A DNA stretch of 62,962 nt, filler included, from Collodictyon triciliatum (GCA_043381765.1; 10 parts of 10 records of this genome joined end to end with filler, not necessarily neighbours in it), one strand, 5' to 3'. Counted from the first letter of the whole stretch, positions 44,101 through 57,328 are shown. The notes: generated by a model from the letters alone, not told the origin. Program-made: numbers and translations.

Positions 44101-47053
44101 GTTGAAATCATTTGTGTAGCCGAATCGATGAGGAATGCTATAGCCACGCTGCAAAGCAAAACCATGAGGCTATTCACACTATCACCAGTTTCATGTGCAA
44201 GCGATGAATTTTACTTCCCACCTTCGTTCACTAAACTTGGTCACAAAGTCAGATATGAAAAGGAAAAGAAGAAGCTTGTAGTGCTTTCGCACGGATCCCT
44301 TCTTTCCCGTGCAGCCACAATACATAAGCAAGGCATCGATAAATACATTTTTAAATCTGAATTTCTCGTGAAAAAGGGCCAGAAGCTACTTCGTTCATCT
44401 TGTGCACCAAATAGCGTGGGGTATTCTTTTGTTAAAGGAAAAGTTGCTACCAGTGGGCTCAGATTCTACATTCCTGTGAGTAAAGATAGAGCCTGGTCCA
44501 TTATAGAAAATGATATATTTTCCAGGGTTATGCATCAGAAACATGTTTTAGAAGGAGATTGGAGTAATCGACATTACCTTGTTTTGGATAAATGCCTTCA
44601 GTTGGCCAACTGTGTGTATCGAATCCCAGTAATTAATGAAGGAGGCATTCTAAAGTTGTTCCCAGTAGAATATTGCTGCTCTGACGAAGATCATTCTGAC
44701 ATGATAAAGTTTATAGAGAGTATGTGCCCCAAAGACACTTACTTTGACCTAGATTTTCAAAAAACTGACTTATTTGAAAAGTCGGAGGTAAATGGGTCTA
44801 AAGTCCTCCATATCCATGACAGAGCTCTCGTTACTATTCAAGAGAAGCCACAAACTGTTTTGGAGAGTCACATTGTAACTTTGATCATCAGCACCATCCA
44901 CCCTGAAGTTGATGCTGAAGTTAGGTCGATAATCGAGAGCAAGATTCATGTCACTGAAAGTGGTCGCTTTGAAGAAAAATCTTTTGATTTGGAAGGAACT
45001 TCTCTATGCCGTCTTTTTTTTTATGACCAAGACACCAAAGATAAGTTATCTGAAGCTTGTGGACAAAACATAAGGGTAGAATACGTTAAAGCAGTCTCTT
45101 TTCCAGAATACATGGTCTTAAAGATAAGAGGAAGAGAGAAAGACCTAGCTGCCAAAACGGACATTGTGAAAGAGTTCATTGAGTCGACCAAAAAATTGAT
45201 AACGAATTACACGATAGAACTGCAACCCCATGAAGCAGGATGCCTGAGTACCGCAAAGTGGCTTACGGAGAGGTCCAAGCTTAATGAGATTGATATTGAG
45301 CTCATTGAGGAGAAGTCAAACAAACCCCGGGCGTCGATTCAAGGACAGCGATTCCTTCGTGTCGTTAAATTCCCAAACAATTTTACTTTTCAGATTAGAC
45401 ACGGAAACATAGCGAACGACTCTGATATTTCTGGTATTGTTTTGTCATGCGATAATTTCCTACAGCAAGGAGGAGAAATAGCCCGAAAAATACATCTCAC
45501 GTTCGGAAATAAATACAAAGAAGCATGCTGTAAGTACATCGCGGAAAATATTCGCGTGTCAACTCTATGTTCAGTGTCGTTTAATGTTGTGCAGAGCCCC
45601 TTGAGATACGTGATTAATTCGGTGGCACCCATCTTTCAAGAGAAAAAATCTGAGGAGGAAGCATTAAAATCTTTGAAAAAGATGTTTTGTAATATCCTTA
45701 ACGAGGCGGCGAGACTCGGTATCAAGTCAATCGCCTTCCCAGCCCTGGGCAGCAGAGTCTATGGAAACCCAAGTAAACTTGTTGTGCAGGCCCTCATAGA
45801 GGCCTTAAACGCTGAAGTAGTTAAAAAGGAAACTCCTGGAATTATGATTGTTCGGTTTGTTGATACAGATATATCAGTAATCCATGAAATGACTTCCGCA
45901 GTAGACAAAGAGTTTGAAGCATATTCAATTGAGAAATGGTACTCTAAACAGAACGACCTCTACTTTCCGTTCCACCCGACCTATTTGTGGTCTTGGAAGG
46001 CTGATGATGGAGAATTAAAGCCTTACGATGAAGATTCAAACTGGATTATTGATCAGGCGTTCAGAGCAAACGCGCCGAGTGTTGTCATATATATTCCATT
46101 GTCTGAATCCATCCATAGCCGAAGATATGTCGTCAAATTTAAGACAATGAGGCAATATAATTGTGTTTCAACCCATAGCAGGGAAATCAAAAAAGAAATG
46201 TATACCCAAACAACATCATCACTACTTGAGGGCGCCGACGAAACAAATACGGTTGACGTTGAATCTAGCCATGACATGGGCTCTGAGAGAGGGGATGATG
46301 ATTATGGAGATGGAGACTATGGTGGTGGTGGTGGCGGTGGTGGTGGTGATGATGATGATATGAGTGACGAAGAGGACCTTACTTCTGGAAATTCTCAGAG
46401 ATTGTGGCAGAATAAATCGTCCTTTCAACTCAAAGTATCCCATGTACGGGATCGTTTGGACAGTGCAGTGCAGAGAATTAAAACCCTGCTCGAGAAATCC
46501 ATCAGCACATTGGATACTACGTTGTGGATCAGTCAGGACGATGTCAATCTCGAGTACCTAGTCAGATCGATTGAAATCAACCATTTAGCATCTCTCTCCA
46601 TCATACCCGATAATCACACAAAAAATGCAAAAATACGGATAATGGGTGCTCCCGAGAGAATCATATATGCCAACCAGGAGTTGATAGACGGCGCACATAA
46701 GATTTATGACACAAACTACACAGCTACAGCCAGGATTCCCGAATCCTGGACGAGTCCTTCCCCGCAAAGCAAATTGGTTAATCTGAGCGTTGATTCCCGG
46801 GAGTGGAAGGAAATCGAGCAGAAAGTACGAGAGTCTCTTAACCATGTCACTATTGAAGCCATTCAAAGGGTCCAAAATGAGCTCATGTGGGAGGCCCACG
46901 CAAGCCAAAAGCAGAAATTGGCAAAGATACTCGGCCACAACCCAGCCATTACCCGTTTATTCCACGGTACAAAAAGTCGCAACCCACAACTGATTTATGA
47001 TGATCCTGAATGCGTTGGATTCAAGATGAGATTCTGTCAACCAGGCGCATGGG
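41143..47053 (+). CDS. Giant exon of a macro-WWE-PARP protein (PARP14/PARP9-like architecture), 3' partial
   Basis: Within the 2030-aa ORF (likely ATG 41143): acidic tract, RRM-like segment, 44-aa repeats, KH-like region, macro-like domain (~45382-45915, KSIAFPALGS), WWE (~45982-46197) and PARP catalytic start IQRVQNELMW...LFHGT...GF...GAWG. GT donor at 47054. Confidence 0.85.
41938..42729 (+). repeat. Coding tandem repeat, 132-bp (44-aa) unit, about 6 copies
   Basis: RGTARHRGN.GGNMVSRNASEPALTPP.QLTNPTGASQPNYPG(T/S) repeated six times with near-identical DNA. Confidence 0.95.
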
Positions 47054-47434
47054 GTATTTGAATGCACAAAGGCTCTTCTTTTTCTTTTTCTTTTTCTTTT
47101 CTTTTTCTTTTCTTTTTCTTTTTCTTTTCTTTTTCTTTTTCTTTTTCTTTTTCTTTTTCTTTTTCTTTTCTCTTCTTTTCTCCTTTTTTTCTCCTTTTTT
47201 TTCTCCTTTTCTCTTCTTTTCTCTTCTTTTCTCTTCTTTTCTCTTCTTTTCTCTTCTTTTCTCTTCTTTTCTCTTCTTTTCTCTTCTTTTCTCTTCTTTT
47301 CTCTTCTTTTCTCTTCTCCCAGACATGAAGCTAANNNNNNNNNNNNNNNNNNNNNNNNNNNNNNNNNNNNNNNNNNNNTTAATTAATTAANNNNNNNNNN
47401 NNNNNNNNNNNNNNNNNNNNNNNNNNNNNNNNNN

Positions 47435-47510
<76 letters not shown>

Positions 47511-49280
47511 CATTGTCCTACCTAACAGACGCTCACTTTTGAATCCCTGCTATGATTTTTCTTGCTGCTACCTCAACAAAAGTATTCATATTCAAATTAT
47601 TTCTCTTGCCTCCACCGCAAATATTACCGCTCAGTCTCCACTCTTTGGTGGAGACGAATCCATATCATAAAATCCGATAATGCAAACGAGGCAAAAAGCA
47701 AAAGGAAAGAAAGAAAGAAAGACAGAAAACACTGAGATTGCTGCGTATGAACCGAACCAAATCTGCAATTGACTTTGCCCACCCAGCAGGACACGCCTCC
47801 AGTGGCAGTGTATGCATGTAATTGTAAACGTGTTCCATTCAACCTCCTGCACTTGGCTGGTGTTGATGGGCTGCGGCAGATTAGCGGGCTATGCTGCCTT
47901 GAAAAGACACGGGCATAAACCGCAGGAATCCAAGTATTCAAACAGAGGCTGCTTCATGCAAGCACTGCAGCGCGAAGTTGAACAAAGTCATGAAAGGGAG
48001 CGCCCCAGGCAGACGGCACAGATATAATGCAGAGTCATCCTCATCGCGCTGCGATACTCTTTCGGTGGTGAAGTCGGACAACCCGCTGTTTCATATAATG
48101 GTCGAGGCACCCGCAGAAAACGAAGATGGGAAAATTGGAAAGGTTGGGTGCAGCTATTCTTATTCTCTCCTCTGCTGTTTGGAAGGAAAAGAAGGAGAAA
48201 AAGCAAACGCAAATGAAAAGAGCCCGCAGGACAAAGTTACTCTGTGGGGATAGAGAACGAGAATCTGAGTGGGGCGCCTGAGAAAGAGCCTTACATGATA
48301 TACGATACACGAGCCACGCGCTTTATTTTTCTTTCGGGTGGCAAAGTTACTTGTGGGAAGCAGCAGTGTCCTCCTCACTGTTGTTGCGTCCCAGATCGGC
48401 GTAGGTTCCCCGAGTCGGTGAAAGATTCTAAGGCAGGTGCTCTTGTTGCGGAATGCTTGGCCCTTCCCGTTCCGTTTTTGCTCGGCTTAGTCCTGGTCAG
48501 TTTGCCTTGTTTATTTTATTTACATTTCTGTTTCGTAATTTGTTTATATACTTGATCGTTTATTCATTCCTATCATACTAACACATCATCTTTTCTATCT
48601 CAAAGATACATATTATATAAGTGATCTCTGTTATTTATGGTCAAAGAGCTTTTAGAGATATATGTTACAAATCATAAGAATGAGAGTAAAATTTAGTTTT
48701 AATAAATTTTATCTAACCCGATTGACCACTCTGCTAATAAAGTAGCACATCAACAAACATCACACAAATGGTTATTTCATAAAATTATCAAAGTATCAAT
48801 ATCATCTTCTTTTTTTTCATTAATTTCAATTATTTTTGATTTTCTGCGTTTTATCCCTTAATTATTTTTTTTTAAAAAAAAAAAAAGAGTTTCATGTTTA
48901 TATATAACTGTATATGAGCGTAATTAAGAATGTGACCTTTTATTTTCACATCTTTCATGTATATGTCTGCAGTATATCGAAGCTGGAACCACTTCGTTCC
49001 ACGAGGCATCCAAGTATAATACCTTTTTACACGATGTCTTCTCAAATTCATATTTTTGCACAATTAAACAAATAAAGAATTGAATGAAAGTTTCGCCGGA
49101 ATTTTTGTCCAAATATATGTGTTGCAATATAGAAAAATGAATATATATATATATTGCAACGTTAAGCTTTTGAGGTTCCTCTTATTCCTTTTTAATAAGT
49201 AATAATTATATATTACCCATACAGAAGCCTTTGAATCCGGGTCGCTTCTGTACTGAAAACTAGCAGCATCGACATCATCA

Positions 49281-51841
49281 ATGCCTCGAAACAGTATCTA
49301 AGCGCATTTTCTTTCGTCAACAATTAATGGATACATGTTTCTATGACCCCAACATAGATTCCTCGGAGAAACCTTCCTACTTCAAACCGTTCGCAATAAC
49401 CAGCGGAATGACTATGTTGGGCTTCTATATCGCTTATTCGGATTCGATTGAAGCTGGCGCAAAAAAATTGATCGATACATGTGATAAGGGATTTCATGGG
49501 GCCATCCGATTCAGCAGGGCTGTGTTTTATGTAAGTATCTATGTGTAAGGAATCTTTAAAGCATGTAACTCATGCCTCATATTTTTCTGGTGCAGTTTGT
49601 ATATCCCATTGTATTCCTTTGATATTGTTATAATTATATAAATCAATAATAAAATATTATATCGTAACTATCCTGAAAATTAATTAGGGTGCCAGAATTA
49701 CTAAAGTTTACTGGGATTGTCCACCTCCAAGTGCATTTGAATCCGAAACTCATTATAAGGCTATCAGAGGGCAGGTATGAGAAAAAAGAAAAATGCCATT
49801 GATGTACCTCAAGTATGAGTTGTTGACCGAGAAACCCATATCAAGGTCCATCAAAGCGCAGCCAACCTATTTTTAGAGATGTTCCAAAAGAATGGAGGCA
49901 TATTTGTAAAGGTATCTTTTCTCAAAGAAACAATCAAGTGAACTGAAAGCTCCCTCGAACTTTAAGAATTGTTGTCACCATAAGTGCTGCTTTTTTTAAA
50001 AAATTCTTTACTTACTAATATATGACGTTGGTTAGGCTGGACAGCACATGTCCTCTCTTGTTTATATTCTCCCTGATCAGTACACAAAAACGATGAGTGC
50101 CCTTTTGGATCAGGTTATTTGCTACCTTTTCGAATTACTGTCCTTTTTTTTTCGTATATTTTGTTAGGAGTCTTATCGGTATATGTAAACAAACATGAGA
50201 TGATATTGACTCATGCTAGTATTTCCTTCTCTTTTTTTTCAATTGGAATCGTAGGTTCCATACAATAATTTTGAAGACATTAAACGTGTTATTGAGGATG
50301 ACCTTAAGAAGCCCATAGAAACTGTGTAAATTTCTAGAAATTGATATTTTCATATTGTCATTCTTGTACTTTGAATCGAATAAAGGGAAAAATATTGTCA
50401 TTCTTGTAATTTTCAAATGATGTCGAAGTTTCTCTATTTATTTATTTTTTTTTTAAAAAAAAAAAAGGACTCATACGAAGTCACAAGATTGCTCTATGTT
50501 ATAATATGCTCTTCTCTTTTTTTTCTTTGTCTTTTTTTGTTTTTTGTTTTTTTGCGATACCTCTTTCAAAATTGATAGTATATTTCATAAATTAATAGTA
50601 TATTTCATAAATTAAGCATAAATGATCATACGTTTTATGTATCGATGTCATTGCTGACTGGCAATAGATTCTCTAATTTTGAGAAGACTCCTATCGCTTC
50701 AGGTTCTCTTGCGCAGGTCAGATTTATATTGTTGAACCCGTGATTATAGCTATTCCATTTATTTTTTTTAAAAAAAAAGAGGCCAACTTAGGTACACAGA
50801 GCTACTTTATTGAACGGAAAAGATGTCGCTGTCAAGGTTTGCTTTCGAATGAAACAAAATTTTGTTTATTACTATTTTTAAAAGAAAATAATCGTAACAT
50901 TAATGAATTAGTACATTTCAATTTTTGTTTTCTCTTGCCTATTAGGTTCAATACCCACGTTTGAGAAAGGACTGCGCGGCAGATTTGATGACAATCAGAT
51001 TTCTTGTTTTTGTTGCGAAGAAGGTCCTTTTTTGTGCTTTTTTTTCAAATGAAGAATCTGATGTAAATACGAAATGGTATTGGTTCAAACTGAGATCTTT
51101 TGTAATACTTATCCATCGCTTCTATAAAATACCACCATAGATTTTCCCCGAATTTGAACTCGAATGGTTGGTTAACGAATTTGAACTAAATCTTCCGAAT
51201 GAACTAAGTAATCGAATAATGGAATATACACATATAAGGGTGCTTTTTATATGGAAAAATCCTTACTTTGAATCGAATAAAGGGAAAAATATGGAAAAAT
51301 CCTTAATTTTCTTTCAATTTATATGATTTCTTTAATTTTAACACTATGTTACCCATATATTCCAATAATGTGGATTGTTAGACTTTTTGGAGGAATCAAG
51401 AAATGCCTCCAAGATATCTGCCATGTTTTCAAGAGACAAGTGGGTCAAGGTCCCCGAAGTGTATTGGGTAATCCTTTTCTCTTCTAAAGTATCTAATAAT
51501 AGGCAATTATACAGTACATTATGGATCATTAAATTATTATTATTTTACAATCTGTCAGGAAATTACTAGCGAACGGGTTCTTACCATGGAATTTATATCT
51601 GGGTGTAAAATCACCGATATTGAAAGTCTCCAGAAACTTGGGATTAACCCTGTCAAGGTAACCAGTGTTGCCTTCTACGCATCTATGATTTGGGTGATAA
51701 GTGACAGTAATGCTTGACCAGTTTCTTGAATCTTTATTCTGTATAGTTAATATCAATCTATATATTGAAAGGTTGCCAAAAGGATTAGTGAACTGTATTC
51801 CAAGCAGATCTATATCTACGGATTTGTACACAGCGATCCAC

Positions 51842-51889
<48 letters not shown>

Positions 51890-53149
51890 GCATGGTATAC
51901 TTTTAGACTCTAAAAACATGATCTAAATTAAGTTCATTTCTAGTCCCGGAAATGTTTTGGTCCGGAAACTGGATGATTCGAGCGACCCACAAATCATCTT
52001 GCTTGACCACGGTCTGTACACAACTCTACGCGAAGACTTTAGGTAAACTAGTTACCCGATCATATCAGCATACATTTTATTATCTTTTCCAACCACACTT
52101 GAGGTATAATATAGATTGGATTGAGATTTTTGTGGTAATAACGCAAGAGAATCATGCATGGGCCTTATATGAAAAATTAAATCAATCCAATGTATTCAAC
52201 AGCTTCGATTGTTTCATAAAGGAGCTGATTTAATTATAGTGCATAGTAACTGTCTTTTAAAATTTATTAATTCTTCAAAAAAAAATATAACTAAAGGATA
52301 AACTATTGCAATCTGTGGAAATCTATCATCGACATGGATGAGCAGAATTTAATGAAGTACTCTGCACTAATTGGAGGAGAGGGCACATACCGCATGATTG
52401 CTACCATACTAACTGCAAGGCCATACGAAAGGTATGTATGCTTCTTTGGCAGTACATATGCTAATCATTTGAAGCCTACTTATTACTTTATGATTTACTG
52501 AAATATTGTGTTAGTCACCTTTTAAGAGAAAAAATATTTCGCAGTTTGCAAGAACAGTGGGATGCGAGTGACATCTCAAACGAAGAAAAGCAATATTTGC
52601 AGAAGCATGCTCAAGAACAAATGGAAGCCATAACTCAATTGCTTGGCGCAATACCGCGAGAAATGTTGCTCCTTTTAAAGACAAAGTGTATTTAACCTAA
52701 TGTGATCATTTTCATGCACATGTAAAGCATGTTAGCGCGTGCACTATTGAAAATAAATTCATTTACGGATCTGCTTGGATTTATTGAATAAACGACTTTA
52801 TAAACTCATTTTTCTACTTTTTTCTACTTTTTTCTACTTTTTTCCTCGTAGTGATTTGCTCAGATGCATCAACAAAGCTCTGGGAACTCCGTCTAATGGG
52901 TCTGTAGAAATTCTTGGCGAGTACTGCATTAAGGGCCTTTACATTCACCGTGATATGGACAGTAAACTTTCGATGCAAACCTGTTCATGTTCCTTGCGTC
53001 GCATTACCTAAGCAAATATGTATTAAAGTAATGAAACCTTCCCCTGTTTAGCCTTCTCTGTCAAGTCAACTCATACGTGGCATGTCAAATGGCTCTTAGC
53101 CTGGTGGCATTTGAAAATGCTGTTCATCAGCCTGTTTTACAGATTGTGA
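49281..53149 (+). CDS. ADCK1: ABC1/UbiB-family atypical kinase, ADCK1-like, multi-exon
   Basis: NGGIFVK|AGQH (KxGQ), PIASGSLAQ|VHRA...VAVK|VQYP, DFLEESRN, RVLTMEFI, GFVHSDPH|PGNVLV, IILLDHGLY. Stop at 53147-53149. Start codon uncertain. Confidence 0.9.
50352..50408 (+). mobile_element. 23-bp LINE-tail micro-insertion (50369-50391) with perfect 17-bp TSD
   Basis: ATATTGTCATTCTTGTA (50352-50368) + CTTTGAATCGAATAAAGGGAAAA + ATATTGTCATTCTTGTA (50392-50408). Confidence 0.92.
51249..51305 (+). mobile_element. 23-bp LINE-tail micro-insertion (51266-51288) with perfect 17-bp TSD
   Basis: ATATGGAAAAATCCTTA (51249-51265) + CTTTGAATCGAATAAAGGGAAAA + ATATGGAAAAATCCTTA (51289-51305). Confidence 0.92.
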
Positions 53150-54437
53150 TTCGGTAAATAGGAAGGTGCAAAAGAGATTCATACAAAATTATTTTCATTC
53201 GATAAAGCTCCACAAAATGTGGAAACCAAGTAGCCTTCGTTGACTCTTTGAAGAGGTGTCTTTTTTCTCTTTTTTTTTCTTAAAAAGAATAAATATAAAT
53301 TATATGAGTTGTATAGAATTGAAATGGGTTGGGTATGAAGCCATGTTGCTATTGATGGAACAGCATCATTCGATTGCGTTTTGCAACAGCGTGGTTTGAT
53401 GCGTGGGTTTTCATACCTCATTAGGACATTGGCTGATGATGCGAACATGTAGGAAAGCTCGGATATCAAAAGCGGTTCATTGACAACCCGGAAGACAGAG
53501 TGCTTGTGTTTCGCTGTGCCTGTGGCTCGATCTTCAGTGGGGCGAATTGCTGTGAGAAACAGGAGGACGCGCCACATAGAAGCGGCAAAGCAGCGGGATC
53601 GACAAAGTTGATGGAGGGTGAACCTGGAGCCGCATCACCACCGGGTTTATTTTATTTTATATGCTTTCATGAATGTTCTTCCCTTTGCTTCGCTCGATAT
53701 TTCTCCTTATTATTCGGTTTCATTCTGCTTGTTTTTTTAATTTATCGTATATTGCATGCTTTTTTGTTGATTTTTGCTTTTGCTTTTGCTTTTGCTTTTG
53801 CTCTTGCTTTTGCTCTTGCTTTATTTTTACTCGACTTTATTGCATATTATTTTACTTTATAGATTGTTGATATATTTCTTTGAAAAATGATAACATCGCG
53901 GGTAACTCTTAACAGATCTGCCGGGCAAACGCTATTCTGGCTCAGCCTATCCGAGAGTCAGACATTCGAATCCTGTTTGGCTCTTTCATTGTCTCCTATG
54001 TGTCCATATCGACATCTATGCTGCTGCCTAGAAAGAATTTAAAGCATGTGCCTTGTGAAAAAAAAAACGTGTATTTCTTTCACATATCGAAATAATCGTT
54101 ATTGNNNNNNNNNNNNNNNNNNNNNNNNNNNNNNNNNNNNNNNNNNNNTTAATTAATTAANNNNNNNNNNNNNNNNNNNNNNNNNNNNNNNNNNNNNNNN
54201 NNNNTTTTTGTTTTTGTTTTTGTTTTTGTTTTTGTTTTTGTTTTTGTTTTTGTTTTTGTTTTTGTTTTTGTTTTTGTTTTTGTTCATAACTCGCTCTAAC
54301 TGGTACCCTTATCTGCAATTCAGAGCAGAGCTACATTATTGAGGCATATTCAAACTATGAAACCCCATGTTTTACATACTTGAAAAGAGCGAAATGTAAC
54401 CACTGCCATTTTTTCTTCCAGTAGGCTTAGTTGTAGG

Positions 54438-56256
54438 ATGGCATCATCGCAAAGTACGTCGGGTCTAGAATTAATAGCTCGGGAATTACAAAATATATGG
54501 ATAAATGAGCCAGTCGAACTACTCACAGAGCTTGGGAAGGGAAGTTTCGGGCGAGTTTATTCTACAACGTACAAAGGATATGATGCGGCCGTAAAGATTC
54601 AAAGTGTGAAAGGGACAAAGGAGCTTGGCTTCAGCGAAGTTATCGACTCTCTTATTCTCGAAGCAAAATATATGCATGATTGCCGAGAGCATGAGAACAT
54701 TGTCAAGTTATTTGGTGTTTATCGAGAAGATGAGGATTTCTTCATGGTAATGGAAAATGCAGGTACTACGTTGAAAATTTTTTTGGAGAAAGAAACTTCG
54801 CTGCTAGAAGTATCAAAAATTGTATCATACTCAAGACAGATATGTAACGGCATCATGTTCATGCACTCAAAGAATCTCTTCCATGAGGAGTTAACAGCCG
54901 ATAATATCATGGTTGCCGGAGAAAAAGTGAAAATCGGAGACTTTGGAATCGTGAGCCTTCGCGGTCCTGAAAAAGTTGGTTCTAACCTACCAACACGATT
55001 CGGAGAAGCTAAACAAGGCGGTACATCAAACTGGCAAGCTCCAGAAATTCATGATGTTGTCTGCAAACCATATTACGAAGATGGTATTATGTATGGTGAT
55101 GATGAAATCAATATCGGACATCGTGGAGAGCCGAGTAATATTTATGCTATCGGGTTACTTGTTTGGTACATGTTCTCTCGAACGGAGCCGTTCAAGAATG
55201 AAGCACAACCTGAGAGCTTTACAATCAGAGGCTTGAGGCCGGAAATACCAACGAGCATCCCAAGGGAGTTGCAACATTTGATAACATCATGTTGGAGGCA
55301 AAACTACAAGCTACGTCCAACTTTGCGACAGATATCCAAATACCTGGATGACCTGTTATCTAGTGGGCTGAGACTGTCTCAAGAATATATCATCGAGATA
55401 CTTCCGATCACGTATTCTCCTCTGATAGACATGTACAAGGGAGAGTTTGTAGAATGGATTCGAGACTGTGGATTTCAAAAACTAGGTGAGAAGTTTGCTG
55501 ATGAGGTTTGGGTGACAGTGAGTGAAATCCAACACAATTTGAGCGAGGAGGAAATGATAGCATCTTATCACATAAGTATGTCTGATGTTTCTGCATTTAC
55601 TAAGCTATCAGAACAGAATGTAGAGGAAGGAGGTTTGGGTGTTTCCAAAGTGAAAGTTAGGGAACTGAGGCATTTCCAGTTGGCGAGCTATTTACAAAAG
55701 AGGAATGACGAATTATCCCGTGTGCTGCTGAGAAAGGTGAAGGCCTTGAAGCTTACTGGTGACGCAATATCGAGACTTCATCAACCTAACGAGCGAGATA
55801 CTTATTCTATCAGCGAGGAAAATATCAAGCTGGCAGCTCAGATGATATCTGATTATCAAAAAAGTAACTGGACAACAAACCTGCAAGACTCCGAGATACG
55901 GGTAGAAGAGAAAGCCCCAACATACTTTGTTCAGAAACTTGTCCCGAAGGATGAAGTAAGGACTAAATAACATATAGAAAAAAATGTATTTCCTTCATGA
56001 TTCTTGTGGTATTGAGGCTTTTAAGGTAAGCTTTACTTTTTGACACTAGGATTTGATTGAATTACAAGACTTTGTTCCTCCCAACACTGTTACGACCAGG
56101 GATATTCCAGATATGCATCAGGAAGAATCAGTCAATCAAAATCCCATCACCCCACGACAAGAATCTCCGAAACCTATCGCGATTGAGGTGAATGAGCCAA
56201 CCTCAGCAAAGCCCCACAGAACCTCGTGCTCAGAAAGGGGGTGTCTTTTGATTTAA
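54438..56256 (+). CDS. TKL-like protein kinase (putative pseudokinase) with SAM-like region and C-terminal CaaX; two exons (54438-55955, 56050-56256)
   Basis: GKGSFG, AAVK, DFG and APE are present but HRD reads HEE. Phase-0 intron GTAAGG(55956)...CTAG(56049) joins in frame to an exon ending GCLLI*. Confidence 0.82.
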
Positions 56257-56475
56257 TCGAATCGCACTTGCTTGTCTATTACTCAGCAACCATAAACGAA
56301 ATCCTGGCGGGTGCTCTTGAGCCATTTGGTTTTTGTATGGTTATTGATATTGTTTTTCTCGCAGTCATGAAGTCCAAAGATTATGAAAGTTGTGCCATAC
56401 AAAAGGCAGTAAGGTTGTGCAAGATAGATAGAAGATGGAAGATAGAGGCTAGAAGATAGGAGAGATTGCACTAAC

Positions 56476-56770
56476 CCTGGAAAGAAATCAGTGATAGCGA
56501 GTTGGTCAGGCAGGCAGCCCGACTGGTTGATTGGTTGCGTGGATAACAGTAGTTAGATATGTTGTTGGAGATGTTGTTGGAGATGTTGTTGGAGATGTTG
56601 TTAGATATGTATCACGACACATTCTCACATCTCTCTTCGCTTGCGGTCATAGTAGCGAAGAATGCTAGTATGTTCCAGCAATCCATTAAAAAAAAAATGC
56701 TGCATGAGGCTTTCTAGCCTGGATACATTGATTTCTCGTACGGCCGAGTGATAAGAGCGAGAGAAAGCAT
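56476..56770 (-). mobile_element. Decayed LINE 3' fragment of the same family as 4447-5660
   Basis: ctggaaagaaatcagtgatagcgagttggtcag is identical to 4566-4598, and 56612-56690 aligns with 4657-4735. Contains an internal (GTTGTTGGAGAT)n expansion. Confidence 0.8.
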
Positions 56771-57328
56771 GCATATAGTAGTTGCGTTATTATTGGGTAG
56801 TTAATCAGTTTGTTGAACCGTTCAATCGAATGAATCAAATTAATAACCCGCAGTGTGCATGTTCCATTCGCGTTTCACCCCCCAACTATCTGCGACCAAA
56901 GCGTCCTTAGACTGCACCAAGCGAGATAACAAAGTGTAACGAAGCACAACCCGCGACATGGATATGATTCCACGGTTGACCTATTTTGAGCCTTCCTTTT
57001 GTGTTTTCTTTTTTGGTTTCTTGATTTACTTGATTTACTTGGTTTTTTTTTATTTTTTTCAATAACAATGGTCTGAGTGGGGAGAGTAAGAGATATTCTA
57101 AGGGGGAAACAGAAGGAACGAAAGTAAACTGTTGGGTGGGAAGTAGAAGTCTATAATGGAGAAGGCGTGGGAGGATTTACTGCGGTATATACGATGAGAC
57201 GCACGTTCGCGTAGCTGAGTTCCCCTCCGGGGTATATCAGTGATGTATTTTCTAGACTGATCATATTCCCGGAAGATTGCAGCAGAGCAACGTGCATTCT
57301 CCTGCTTTATCATAGTTGTTGCTTTAAA

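Noticed and set aside
47054-47061. Premature stop making the PARP a pseudogene
   Set aside because: The stop follows a GT donor (TGG G|GTATTT) and a pyrimidine microsatellite, so it is most likely intronic. The contig ends before the next exon.
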